A stretch of DNA of 64,000 bases from Chrysomallon squamiferum (GCA_012295275.1 CM022672.1:18166001-18230000), one strand, 5' to 3'. Numbered from the stretch's first letter, positions 1-12,241 are shown. The notes: generated by a model from the sequence alone, not told the origin. Numbers and translations are program-made.

Positions 1-882
1 GTATGTTTGTGTGTTTGTATGTGTGTGTGTAGACATATATAAATATAATTTTTTTTATACAAAGATTTTATATAAAATATAAATGGCTAGAATCGAGGAT
101 TTTGCGTCTGTTTAGTCGGAGTTTCTGTGAGCCTTAGGCGGCCCCCTGACGTCTATCCCAAATTTGTTTGCCCCGCTCCGCTCAGTGATTAAGTGTTTTA
201 GCCTCAATTGAAACAGTCAAGTTACGGCCATAACATACGAATATATATATATATATATATATATGATGGCCGCAAGTAGATTCTTTTTACCCACGTACTC
301 ACACGCGCACACACACATACACACGGACACACACGCACACACGCACACATACACACATACATAAACAAAAACGCACCGTCACACACACATACTCATGTAC
401 ATCCTGATGGTGCCGACACGCACACGATCTTATTTCAAAATCTTAACGTTCCTCTCTGACCTAAAGGACAGTATTACGTTGTTGCCCACTTTGTAATGAC
501 TGGACTGTATGCGTTTTGCAAGTTGTGTCAGAGGATGCCCAGCAGACACTTAATGATCAATTCCTGCAAGCTATCCTGGTAAGGCAGACAAACTCCTTAT
601 TCTCGCCAACACTAAGAACATGGAAAACCTACGCAATTCCTGTGTCATTTATGGTAGGTAACGACAACTTCTGTTGATTCCCCACGACTGTTTCTACAGA
701 TCTACACTCTTCATGCGGACATTCAAGTCTCCTTCCGAACAAGTCAAAAAAACTTCAAAAGCGTTAAGCCTTTGAACTGTTGAAGACCGAAACAGGAAGA
801 AACACACAACTTCAGCCCACACACGGACACGGAAGTGTCCAGATACAGGAATGCTTTTTTCACCCCAATATGCCCAAGGAAT
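1..882. repeat. Segmental duplicate, copy A (near-identical to 6224-6941; runs off the window start)
   Basis: Direct colinear match, e.g. 'aaatggctagaatcgaggattttgcgtctgtttagtcg' at ~81 and ~6303, and 'gaggatgcccagcaga' at ~531 and ~6600. Copy B lacks ~155 nt (A ~377-530). Similarity ends at 'atgcccaagga' (~880/6941). Confidence 0.95.
480..880 (+). mobile_element. Decayed Mutator-like (MULE) transposase fragment, copy A
   Basis: Frame-switching translation gives, in the expected order, KLLILANTKNMENLRNSCVIYG, SPRLFLQIYTLHA, LLPNKSKKT and VQIQECFFH. These match animal MULE transposase motifs (P.LF.QLYTIHA, LLP.K....Y, GCFFH CxxH). Stops and frameshifts are present. Confidence 0.75.
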
Positions 883-1761
883 GCTTTTTTTTAAATAAAT
901 ATAATAATAGGCTATTTAACAAAAATAATAATAAAAAAGAAGAAACATATTTTGGGGGTAATAATTAAACATGAAAATACAAATTAAATACTTTTCAAAT
1001 TACTGAAATTATTTTCTTTTACAGAAAACGGGCAAAGATTCATGGACAGTTTGGAAATTTGGTGAAAGGGGCAAAGAAAGGTGCAGTGAAAGGAACTAGA
1101 AATAAGAGAAAAAGAAAATAAATTTAAAAACAAACTGACAATTTCCGTGTGGACATTTTGTTAATCTGTTTATTTTATTACTAAATAAAATACTGTTTAC
1201 CCAGTTGGCATGATACTGTACATTCTTTCCTTTTGTTTGTTTATTTCATTCATCGATTCTTATTCGTTTACTAAATGTCACTCAACACTGTATTCATTTA
1301 TTTATTTATTTTTTCAATCGACATGTATTTTTTCTTCAGTTTTCACATAATAATAAGAAGAAAGATACACCTTGTCTATAAAGTAAACAAAAAAAAAATT
1401 TATATATATATATATATATGTATATAACAAATCAAATAAATAAAGAAAAATAACACAATCTAAAAAAAAATGTCACCCTCAACAACAAGAATAAGAAATA
1501 CCAAATCCCAAGCTATATAATCTTGTAAGAAAATTAATTAAATGTTTGTCGCACACTGGCGTCTGTTAGATTACAGCATTTGATATAAGTTGATCATCGA
1601 CTAGTTGCCACAAGTAAAGCCTTTAATAAGAAATATGTATCGTACAACATAGGTGCGTACCATTACATTTAAATTAAAGAAGAATCGTAAATTATATTGA
1701 ATATTTTAATTTTAATTTTTGTTTATAAATTAAAAACAGTATAATAGTAACATTTTATTTG

Positions 1762-1849
<88 letters not shown>

Positions 1850-1966
1850 GTCTGTCTGTACCACTCATTCGCGTTATTTTATTTCGTATTTGGAATTACG
1901 GAAAAATCATTACATAAAACATATATATATATATAAAATTACGATTTGAAAAATTATTTATTTGGA

Positions 1967-2220
1967 AGGAAATTCCAGATGCAAGAATACCAAAACAGTT
2001 TTTGTCATCTTTATTTTTATCCGCGGAATCTGAATTTGGGATGGATTGTTAGTGATTAAGCACTGACAATTCATCCCAAAAGCAAATTGCATGAGTCACA
2101 ATATCACTGAGGGGTGGATCCAGAATTTCAAAAAAAAAGAGGGAGTCGGATGAGGAGAGTGTCGAGAGAAACAAGGGCTGTTCATCATTCTAACCATTTT
2201 TTTCCTGACTGGTATAAATA
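1967..2220 (+). promoter_or_regulatory. Possible upstream regulatory region of the cytokine-like gene
   Basis: kB-like AGGAAATTCC at 1967-1976, AP-1 TGAGTCA at 2092-2098 and TATAAATA at 2213-2220. Motif matches only. Confidence 0.3.
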
Positions 2221-2706
2221 TAAAAAAATTAATTGCTGATAGTCTGACAGTGTTTCTTCTATTGTATTTTCATTATAAAAGAAAACAAATAATAAATTGC
2301 TAACGCATAATAACTTAACATTTCTTGAATTTTTCACTTACTCTTGAAAAAATCCCGTTGTCGCGGGACACTGCTTGTAATTGGAACCAAACCAAACGGC
2401 CTCACTAAAGATTGACCCTGCGTCCACGTCCCAGATCGAAGTTTTAAGCAATTTAATATAGAGTCATTTATTTATTTATTTATTTATTTCCCCTATATTT
2501 GGTACGACCTGACCAAGACCATCGAAACAAAAGAGAGGCATTTTTTTATATATTTTGTTTATCGATTTTGAAGGTTTGCAGAAGGCTAGAGTTCCCGTGT
2601 ATGTTTCATACCTGGCGTCCAGTCAGGTAGAAGTATTGATCTTTCTGTCTTCTGACGAAAGTGAAAGGACAAAATTTATCTAAAAAAAAACCTCTGTGAT
2701 TAGTAC

Positions 2707-2737
2707 GTGTATCAGCAGTTAACTTTATTTATAACCG
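2707..2737 (+). CDS. Secreted helical cytokine-like protein, coding exon 1 (GTG-YQQLTLFIT; phase 1)
   Basis: Strong donor CCG|GTAAGG at 2737/2738. Joins in frame to the next exon to complete a signal peptide (M/V)YQQLTLFITAVSLAVVVCVSNG. An in-frame TAG lies at 2701-2703 and there is no ATG. Confidence 0.6.
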
Positions 2738-3126
2738 GTAAGGTTTTTTTCTTGTATTTCTATATTTTATTGTTTTAAAATGGGAAACTGAAAGATGATG
2801 AAGTCCGTTTCTTTAGAATTGATCTGTTTATAAGCGAACGATCTGTGTGAAAAATTATTGTTACCATCTTGAAATAGGACCATGAACATTCTTTACTTGT
2901 TTTGTGTAACTGGTTTGTATTAAAGTAAAATTTGCTTATAGATTTAAACTATCATTATGTCTTATTTTTATTATTATTATCATTATTATTTGTTGTTATT
3001 ACTACTACAACTAGTTCTAATAATAAACTGCTACTGTAATTACTACTACCAATTCTCTCATTTTTAAAATTTATAATTGAAAACTTTATCACTTTTCAGT
3101 ATTACGTACGTACGTACATACATACA

Positions 3127-3192
<66 letters not shown>

Positions 3193-3250
3193 CATACATA
3201 CCTATCCAGACTTTATATAAACATTTGCGGTATATGGTTTTCATTTGTAG

Positions 3251-3405
3251 CTGTTTCATTGGCTGTTGTGGTGTGCGTATCCAATGGACAACACTCATCT
3301 GATAACTCAGTCTGGCAAGACGTGAAATTTTCAGAGTTGATCGACAATATAGTGGCGAGCGCAAAAGAAGGATGTCAACTTGGAAAAAAAGTTTCGAAAA
3401 AACTG
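3251..3405 (+). CDS. Secreted helical cytokine-like protein, exon 2 (rest of signal peptide and predicted helix A)
   Basis: Acceptor tttgtag|, donor CTG|GTAAAT. 155 nt, phase 1 to 0. Encodes VSLAVVVCVSNGQHSSDNSVWQDVKFSELIDNIVASAKEGCQLGKKVSKKL. Confidence 0.8.
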
Positions 3406-3811
3406 GTAAATTACACAACTAAATATTTCAAATATAATATTATTTCAGTTTGATATAAGCAATGTGTTACCTATCTCTCTATCGATCTGTCTATATACCT
3501 ATTTCTCTGTCTAGATATTAAATCTGTATTAATATTTGAGGATACTTAATTCAGTATTATATTACATTTACATGGTAACATTTATTAACCATATATGTAT
3601 ATGTATGTATGTATTTGTATGTATGTATGTATGTATGTATGTATGTATGTATTTGTATGTATGTATGTATGTATGTATGTTTTTGTATGTATGTATGTAT
3701 GTATTTGTATGTATTTGTATGTATGATTGTATGTATGTATGTATGTATGTATGTATGTATGTATGTATTGTAAATGTGCATAAACATGTATTATTGGTTT
3801 TCGTGTTTCAG

Positions 3812-3937
3812 ATGAATTCTAGTTTCTTACAGTCAAAACGCTTACAGAAGATTGTAAAGCGTAGAGTCAGCAGAGGAAGATTGACAGTTCTCAATCAGAC
3901 TCTTCAGTCTTCTAATTTACAACATTCTCTCAATGAG
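3812..3937 (+). CDS. Secreted helical cytokine-like protein, exon 3 (basic predicted AB loop)
   Basis: Acceptor gtgtttcag|, donor GAG|GTAGGT. 126 nt, phase 0 to 0. Encodes MNSSFLQSKRLQKIVKRRVSRGRLTVLNQTLQSSNLQHSLNE. Confidence 0.8.
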
Positions 3938-3987
3938 GTAGGTGCTTACACCTTTACTGTCAAATAACATTATCTGTAAATGTTTAA

Positions 3988-4039
<52 letters not shown>

Positions 4040-4176
4040 GCGGTATCTGAATATTAAAAGTGTTTCTTTATTGGTATGAACGAATTAATTAATTACATTA
4101 TATGCATTTTAAGAGATTCTATTTTTAGAAACATTAAAAGTGACTTGTCTCTATGATTAATAAAAAAAAAAATTAC

Positions 4177-4216
<40 letters not shown>

Positions 4217-4551
4217 TATAAATAAAAAAAGAAAGAAACAAAAGGAGAAAGAAATAAGAAAATAAAAGAAAGAAAGTGAAAGAAATATCTAAAATAATAA
4301 TTATAATAATAAAAAAAAGTAAAAATAAGAAAAAAGTAAAAAAGTAAAATAAATAATTAAACCTAACCAAAACCATGTTACGTTGCGAATGTTACGAAAT
4401 GAGAAATATTTGATGAAATTCGAATGCGTACGTCTGGTTTGTCAGAGGTTAATTTTTCTGCAATAGTAAGTTAACTTCACTTGCACTAAACTATATTCAA
4501 AGACACACACACACGCGCACAAATGCGTAAATAAAACACTCTCTCTTTCAG

Positions 4552-4911
4552 AATCTTCTTACGGATTACACTGCACTGCAGAAATACACCCAGCTGTTCA
4601 GAGCAGTGAAGAAGCATTCAAAGATGCCCAGACGTCTCAGCCGCACCATGAAGAACAAGCTGAGAAATTTGCAAATTCAGCTGGTTGAAGTTGTCCTGTA
4701 TCGAGGCGAGACACCAGTCACGATGACTGGTGTCCCAGAAGACCTCCAGACAGTTCTGGATCGCAGAGCAACAATGGACCCAGTTCAGTTGGCCATCAAC
4801 GATTACGCCATAGCGAGAGAAATAGGACAGTTTCTTAACAGAATGGGTATTCTGTACTCTATGTATAACGAATACGAGAGCAGACTGTCTTCAAGAAAAA
4901 ACGTTTGCTGA
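4552..4911 (+). CDS. Secreted helical cytokine-like protein, exon 4 (predicted helices B, C, D and stop)
   Basis: Acceptor ctctctttcag|. 360-nt open frame, GC-richer than its flanks: NLLTDYTALQKYTQLFRAVKK...NDYAIAREIGQFLNRMGILYSMYNEYESRLSSRKNVC*. Confidence 0.85.
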   Translation, partial: NLLTDYTALQKYTQLFRAVKKHSKMPRRLSRTMKNKLRNLQIQLVEVVLYRGETPVTMTGVPEDLQTVLDRRATMDPVQLAINDYAIAREIGQFLNRMGILYSMYNEYESRLSSRKNVC

Positions 4912-6048
4912 TTAAAAGCTCGAATTAAATTTTCATCAGGAATGGTAGGGATTGAAATTCGTTGCATATGTTTTTTTTTTTTTTTACGATTTGATAAATC
5001 TCTATTTAGAAGATACTGTTAACGTTAGGAAAACAGCTTTTACTGAGGAGAGTAAAAGTTTAATAATTTAGTCCTTCTAATAGGAATGAATATTTAAACT
5101 CTGTACAGAGGCGGTTTCTATAGCGCGCTGATACATAAATGTTGACAGAGGATGATGGGAGAGAGACAGTTCATACATTCCTCCAGTTAGGAGACTAAAC
5201 ATGTTTTTGTGAAACTATTTCACATGCTGCAGTTTGATTGTATCAGTCTCATTACAGAGTAGCAATGATCCAGTTGCGCATCTCACACATATAATTATTC
5301 GGTTCGTAATTTAGGTTATTAGAAATGTTTTTTAAAAAGAATTATTTTCGTTCAGTGCATTTATATCTTTGCTGCTGCATTGTATATAAACATCTTCTTC
5401 CATTATAATAATGTGCGACAGACACGCTCACTGTCCTCTCAGAAAGCGTGCCCGTCGTAGACGTGCTTCACAACAGCTTGCTCTGATTAGCACGTTAAAC
5501 TTTCCCCAGTTCCCAGTTCCCAGATAATAATAGTTGCGATGTTGATGATAACTGCAAAAATGAAAATTCTTCTTCGTCTTCTTCTAATTTTAATTATATT
5601 ATATATATTTTATATATACCCACAGGAGTTTCAGATACGTATCTTTTACTCTTAGAATAACATTTCTATACTTAGATACTTATACTGCATATGTTAAATC
5701 GTATTCCATGTTTCTGCGTATACTGAACAAAGAACAAAAAAATGGAGTTATTCACGAGCAATAGTCACTGCGTGACATCATAAAGAAATTAAATTTACGA
5801 TATGGGAAATATGTATGGCTGTATATAATATACTTTACTCCACGTTTTTGTTTAGTATATTCTGATTACGATGCAATATTTTCATAATCAATAACCTTTC
5901 ATGCTCAATGTATTTTGATAACCATGCAATATTTTATACATTCCTGTAAAACAGTCATTTTTTAAAATATAGTTACTTCAGTATACCTTATCATTGTATA
6001 TATGTATGCTTATAAAAATATTGTTTTTATGTCTACTTTTTTCCTGTA

Positions 6049-6054
6049 AATAAA
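6049..6054 (+). terminator. Candidate polyadenylation signal of the cytokine-like gene (3' UTR ~1.1 kb)
   Basis: AATAAA preceded by TGTA elements and followed by GT-rich sequence (cgtttgtcg). Confidence 0.45.
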
Positions 6055-6223
6055 GTCCTTCAAATGCGGATCGTTTGTCGATTCATGTATATTTAATATA
6101 CAAAACACCTGGGAAAACAGATGAAAGAAACACACAAAAAAAACACACAACAAAATTAAAGAACAACAAAGGATGGGTTTTATAAATACACTCTAAAGTA
6201 GACTGTAGTTCTTTGCTGAGTGT

Positions 6224-6941
6224 ATATGTTTGTGTGTTTGTATGTTTGTGTGTAGACATATATAAATATAAATTTTTTATACAAAGATTTTATATAAAAT
6301 ATAAATGGCTAGAATCGAGGATTTTGCGTCTGTTTAGTCGAAGCTTCTGTGAGCCTTAGGCGGCCCCCTGACGTCAATCCCAGATTTGTTTGCCCCGTTC
6401 CGCTCAGCGATTAAGGGTTTTAGCCTCAATTGAAAAAGAGTCAAGTTACGGCCATAACATACGAATATATATATATATATATATATGATGGCCGCAACTA
6501 GATTCTTTTTACCCACGTACTCACACGCGCACACACACATACACACGGACACACACGCACACACGCACACATACACACAGACATAAACAAAAACGCACAG
6601 AGGATGCCCAGCAGAAACTTAATGGTCAATTCCTGCAAGCTATCCTGGTAAGGCAGACAAACTCCTTATTCTCGCCAACACTAAGAACATGGAAAACCTA
6701 CGCAATTCCTGTGTCATTTATGATAGGTAACGACAACTTCTGTTGATTCCCCACGATTGTTTCTACAAGATCTACACTCTTCATGCGGACATTCAAGTCT
6801 CCTTCCGAACAAGTCAAAAAAACGTCAAATGCGTTAAGCCTTTGAACTGTTGAAGACCGAAACAGGAAGAAACACACAACTTCAGCCCACACACGGAAGT
6901 GTCCAGATACAGGAATGCATTTTTCCCCACTATGCCCAAGG
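6224..6941. repeat. Segmental duplicate, copy B (downstream flank of the cytokine-like gene)
   Basis: Colinear match to 1-882 with scattered substitutions and one ~155-nt deletion. Confidence 0.95.
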
Positions 6942-7230
6942 AAAATGCACGTTAATGGTCGACCTCTCGAGTAAAGGAAGACGAAGTGTTTCGCAGACTT
7001 GCAGTTAGAGACAAATCCTCCGACTCTTCCTGCTGGGCCAGGCTGACAACGCGTGTCTTGAAGTCAATGCTGAGAGTCCACCAGGCAGTCAGTTACTCAC
7101 ACATCTTATTACTTAACACACTCTTACTGTTCCTTACGAGGTCTTACATCATGGAGTTTCCAAATTATCCCCACGGCCTAACAGTCTGTCGCGTAAATTC
7201 CCCACTTGATCTCGTAATATTTTGACCTGT
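6600..7230 (+). mobile_element. Decayed MULE transposase fragment, copy B (extends further 3' than copy A)
   Basis: Same motifs as copy A, continuing into KEDEVFRRLAVR. GC-richer than its flanks, with multiple stops and frameshifts. The 3' limit is approximate. Confidence 0.7.
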
Positions 7231-8167
7231 ACTTTAACTGTGAGGCAGATGCCCCAATAAGTCACATAGACACAGACAGACACACACCTGTACTATAACT
7301 GTGTTGATCAAATGGGAATACACCTTCTTGATACCCATCTACACAGGCACATGCCCCATTAAGTCACATAGACACAGAGAGACACACACACAGACACACA
7401 TTCATACACATGTGTACTATGGACTGAAGTGACAATGAGAAGGGTAATGTGACGATACCATACTGTCAAACAGACAAAGCGACACAGGCACAGACTTACC
7501 GTAACACGTATAAGACTGCTAATGAGAAAGGTGATCAAAGATAGGATTCCATGGGTTACACTGGAATCTGGTATGAGCAGATAAGGTATTTTCCTTGTAT
7601 ATTTTCTATTGATATGTTATGTAATGTCATATATCATTATAATACGAGGACTGTTACATAATATAACATCATATATAATATATGTCATAACATAACATAG
7701 CAATAGAAAATATATAGAGAAAAGCGCTTGTCTAACATAACATAACATTACATAATATATATATATATATATTTTTTTTCTATTGCTATACTATGCTATG
7801 ATATATATATATATATATTACATGATGTTATGTTATGTTACACCGTTATAGACAAGAACGTTTCGTTGTATATACTTTATTCTTTACACACAGAAAAGCG
7901 TATTTGACGTAACATTCATAAGACTTTCTTTGGAACAGGTCGTAGTTTTAAGATTGGAACGGAGGACGGTTGATCTTACGACCAAGTCAAATCTCATTCT
8001 TTATTTGAGCAACAACATATACGACGTTTTTAACCTCTCTTTTTTTTTCTGTCTTCCTTATGCTGTATTTGTATGTGTAAATTTGTTCGCTTGTTTGTGT
8101 ATGTTTGTGTTTGTTGGTGTGTGTGTGTGTGTGTCTGTGTATACATATCTATATCTATATCTATCTG

Positions 8168-8204
<37 letters not shown>

Positions 8205-8867
8205 ATATACACACATAAATATATGTGTATATATGTATGTATGTATATATATATATATTTGTGTGTATGTGTGTATATATATATGTATGTACGTATGTAT
8301 GTGTGTATGTATGTATGTGTGTATCTGTGTATGTATGTGTATGTATGTATGTGTGTATGTATGTATGTATGTGTGTGTGTATGTATGTGTGTATGTGTGT
8401 GTGGTGTGTGTGAGTATTTTATCGAGAACAACTAGTAATGCAGTTATTTACCGGTAGTTGTATACATTTCAGTTTCTGTGTTTTACATTTCCCTATTCGT
8501 AATTCCTCTTGAATCTGAGTATTCTTTTCCAAAAATAACTAAATCGATGTATTGATCGCGTAGTGCTTCACTGTTAATAAATTCCCAGTTCGGTGAAATC
8601 GCTGACGAAGGAAATGGTACGGAAACTGAATACAAGACGATTTTTTTTTTTACAAAAGATGTTATTTTGTCACAGCTTAACTGGACAGCCAGAGTGAGTG
8701 GGAGGTATACAGACAAAAACAAAAACAAAAAAAAAAAAACAAAAAAAAACAGCTGTTTTCACTGGGATATCCACTGTTTCTATTTCAGGATAAAACTTAT
8801 CGGGAATTAATTATTACTTGTTCTGCAATTTCTCTATCCGGTGTGACAAAATGTTATTTATATATAT

Positions 8868-9115
8868 ATATTATATTATATTATATTATACTATATTATG
8901 TTATATTATATTATATAACATTATATTACATTCCATTATATTATATTATATTATATTAGATTACATTATATAACATTATATTACAATACATTATATTATA
9001 TTATGTTATATTATATTATATAACATTACATTACATTATATTATATTATATTATATTATGTTATGTTATATTATATTATATTATATTATATTATATTATA
9101 TTATATTATATTATG
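8868..9115. repeat. (TTATA)n pentanucleotide satellite; a degenerate relative lies at ~10020-10500
   Basis: Directly visible tandem ttata/ttaca/ttatg units. Confidence 0.9.
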
Positions 9116-10489
9116 AGTGAATACTAAGAAAATTACTACTGGTTTTATTCGTAATAATTAAATCAAAATTCTATTTTATCCATTTTCTGAATACTGAATA
9201 ATAGCTTCTTAGTAAATTAATAAATGAAGGGAAGATACATAATTTCACTATATCATTTTTGTTACTCGGAACAGAGGATTAAAATAAAAGCAATTAGTGT
9301 TCACTTTTTCATAAACCGAGACTGTGTAAATTTTTCACTTCTTCAAACGTTTTTCCATATGTATTGTGCGGATAAATGTAAAAAAAATTTTTTTATTATT
9401 TTAATTTATATATTTTAATCATTAGGAATTTTGATAATAATATTAGTCAATATCGAGCAGCGATTGTTTTAATGTACTTTCCTCAAATCGGATTTATACA
9501 AAATTTCAGTAACGTTAACAGTTTTTAAATTCATTTTATTTCACTGACTGTCGAAGACAATGATAATAAAGTAGCAAGTTTCTAACTTAAGAATATAGTG
9601 TCTGCATAAAACTATACAGTTTATATACATAATATTTTTTTTTTTAAATTAAAAAAAATAAATTCAGATTTATCAGTAATTTATATGATTTTAAACATGA
9701 TTTGTTTTGCAATTAATAAATCAGTAGCTTATTTCACATTTCTGCTTGTACAGCCCTACCGATTTTTTCAAACCCGCGTTAAGTATGTTCCTGACAAGCT
9801 GCCTATAAAAGATCCCTTACTGCTGATATATATATAAAAAAGAGTAACCCGTGCTGCTGATATCACATGTGTCCTCTGTCATTTCATCATGATTAAAAAT
9901 GTCACGCTTTTTAACCTAGTTATCTTCAAAAATAAAATGGCTGCCGAAGAGGGTGTTTTCCCAATAGGTCGAATTCCCACATATGACATAGTCCTTACAA
10001 GCCAGTACCTTTTACTTTTTCATATAATTATTATATTATATTTTATATTGTATTGTGTTGTATTATGTTATATTATATTATATTATAATATACTGTATTA
10101 TTTTATATTATATTATTTTTTTGTTATGTTATATTTCATTATATTATATTATATACTGTATTATTTTATATTATAATTATATTTTGTTATATTATATTTT
10201 ATTGTATTATATTATATATTATTTTATATTATATTGCATTGATTCACATTACTTTACACTATAATCATTATATTATACTGTATTGTTTTGTATTATATTA
10301 TATTGTAATATACTGTATTATATTATATTATATTACATTATATTACATTATATGATATTATTTACATTATATGATATGACATTATATTATATTATATTAT
10401 ATTATACACTTTACTGTAGTGCTTTGTATTACATTACATCAGTTTGCATTATATTACATATATATTATGTTATATTATGTAATATTACA

Positions 10490-10820
10490 TTATAATACGA
10501 CAATCGTTATAGTCAAGAGCTTTTTCCTATACATTTTATATTGTTATGTTATGTTATATTTCATGCGACAACCTTTACAGAAAAGATATTTTCCCTGTTT
10601 ATTTTCTGTTTTTCTGTTATGTTATACTACATTATAATACGAAAACCGTTACAGACAAGAGTTTTTCCTTATATATTTTCTGTTGTTATGTTATATATCA
10701 TTATATTCGACAACCGTTATATTTTCTGTTGCTCTGTTTCGTTATGATATATTATATAATGTCATGTTATGTTATAATGCGAACACCGTTACAGAGCGTT
10801 TCATTGTATATTCTTTACTA
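10490..10820. repeat. Degenerate ~60-75 bp tandem repeat (ataatacgacaaccgttacagacaagagtttttcc...tatattttctgttg); related copies at ~7585-7870, one inverted
   Basis: About 5 recognisable units. 'aaaagcgcttgtcta' at ~7721 is the reverse complement of the core. Confidence 0.65.
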
Positions 10821-11909
10821 CTTAAACACGATGTTTAGACTGAGAATGTGTTTGAAGGTTAACGTCCAACATTTGATGTCTACCTCCAACTGTGCAGGTA
10901 ATCGTACCTAAGCTACAGGTAAATAACAGTCATTTTCGACGGTGTCATGACGTTTTAGATCTGAAGTGAACCGTTTACGCGTGTGACACAGACAAACTCC
11001 TACATTGTTTCGTGGGTCAAACGTGCGACAAGAAAAAAAAAAATAATAATATAACCCTAACCCTATATATATATATATATAAATATAGCAGAAATAAAGC
11101 AATGATGTTTTTAAAACCCCACTAAAGAGCACTGATCAATTTTCTCTCTGTTTGTTTGTCTGTCTGTCTGTCTGTCTGTTTTTCTGTTTATATATGTATG
11201 CACGCATTTTCTGTCTTTCTGGCTGTCACTCTGCCTGTCTGTCTATCTATCTTTCTGTAATTATATCTATAAGTATAGATAGGATCATTTATATATATAT
11301 CCACACCCATAAATATACACACACATATACATATGTATAAATACACACTCATACTGATACTAACATTCATATTCACGCATATATCGTACATTTTTCTGCA
11401 ATCCTCAAAAAGTATCTTTTATATTCAAGCAAACACGAAGAACATTTGTTAACCAATTCTGAGATGTCGGTTGAAACGGGAAAAAGAAGGATTTATAAAT
11501 GTAGATAATTATCATTAGATTAAAATCAATAAGAGTAGTAAGAGAACTAGTGGCAGTAGTGGTAGAATTTTTAGTAGTGTTATCGTTTTATTGCAGTAAT
11601 AGTAGTAGTAGCAGTAGTAGTAGCAGTAGTGGTAGAGGTAAGTAGTAGTAGCAACAGCGGTAACGGCAACTGTATTAGCGGCAACAGTAGCACAGGTAGT
11701 AGCGACAGTAAAAGCAATAACAATAACTCTAATCGTTACAGTTAAAACAGGACAAATGGATTGATACTGTTTTGCTTTATTTTACCTAAAATACTTATAG
11801 ATCCGTGTATCTTTTGAGCAGGCACAGATCGACGAGTGAAATATTCTTTTCATTTTCCTCTTTAGTTTCTTTCTTTAACAGTTTAAATTAAAAAAAAGAA
11901 TACATGCAT

Positions 11910-11941
<32 letters not shown>

Positions 11942-12171
11942 ATATATATATATAAAACTTTAAAATAATGAAAAACCGTAAAAACATATTTTAAAAAAAA
12001 AAAAAAAAAAAAAGCTTTAGAAGAAATGTTTTGGTGCATGCAAGTGTTTAGAGGCGCCAGGCAGTTAGTTAGAAATGCAGCAAGTGTTAATTCAGCGTGA
12101 ACGAACGTGAAAGACGACGCAAATGTCTACATACTGTCACAACCGAAAACAAACAAAAAAACTGCCGGGAG

Positions 12172-12227
12172 TATAAAAAGTGAATATGAGGAAAGAAAAC
12201 TACAGTATATATCTAGAATAGTTGACG
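12172..12227 (+). promoter_or_regulatory. TATA box, Inr and short non-coding exon 1 of the chitin-binding protein gene
   Basis: TATAAAA at 12172-12178, Inr-like TACAGT ~30 nt downstream, and consensus donor ACG|GTGAGT at 12227/12228. The next exon begins cag|ATG, so a non-coding first exon is expected. Confidence 0.7.
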
Positions 12228-12241
12228 GTGAGTAGTACCTT

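Noticed and set aside
2108-2146. 'gaggggtggatccagaatttc' resembling the terminus of a MITE
   Set aside because: No matching inverted terminus was found nearby, and it is too short to support a call.
4912-6050. AU-rich instability elements in the cytokine-like 3' UTR
   Set aside because: Only scattered single ATTTA pentamers are present, as expected by chance at this AT content. There are no clustered nonamers.
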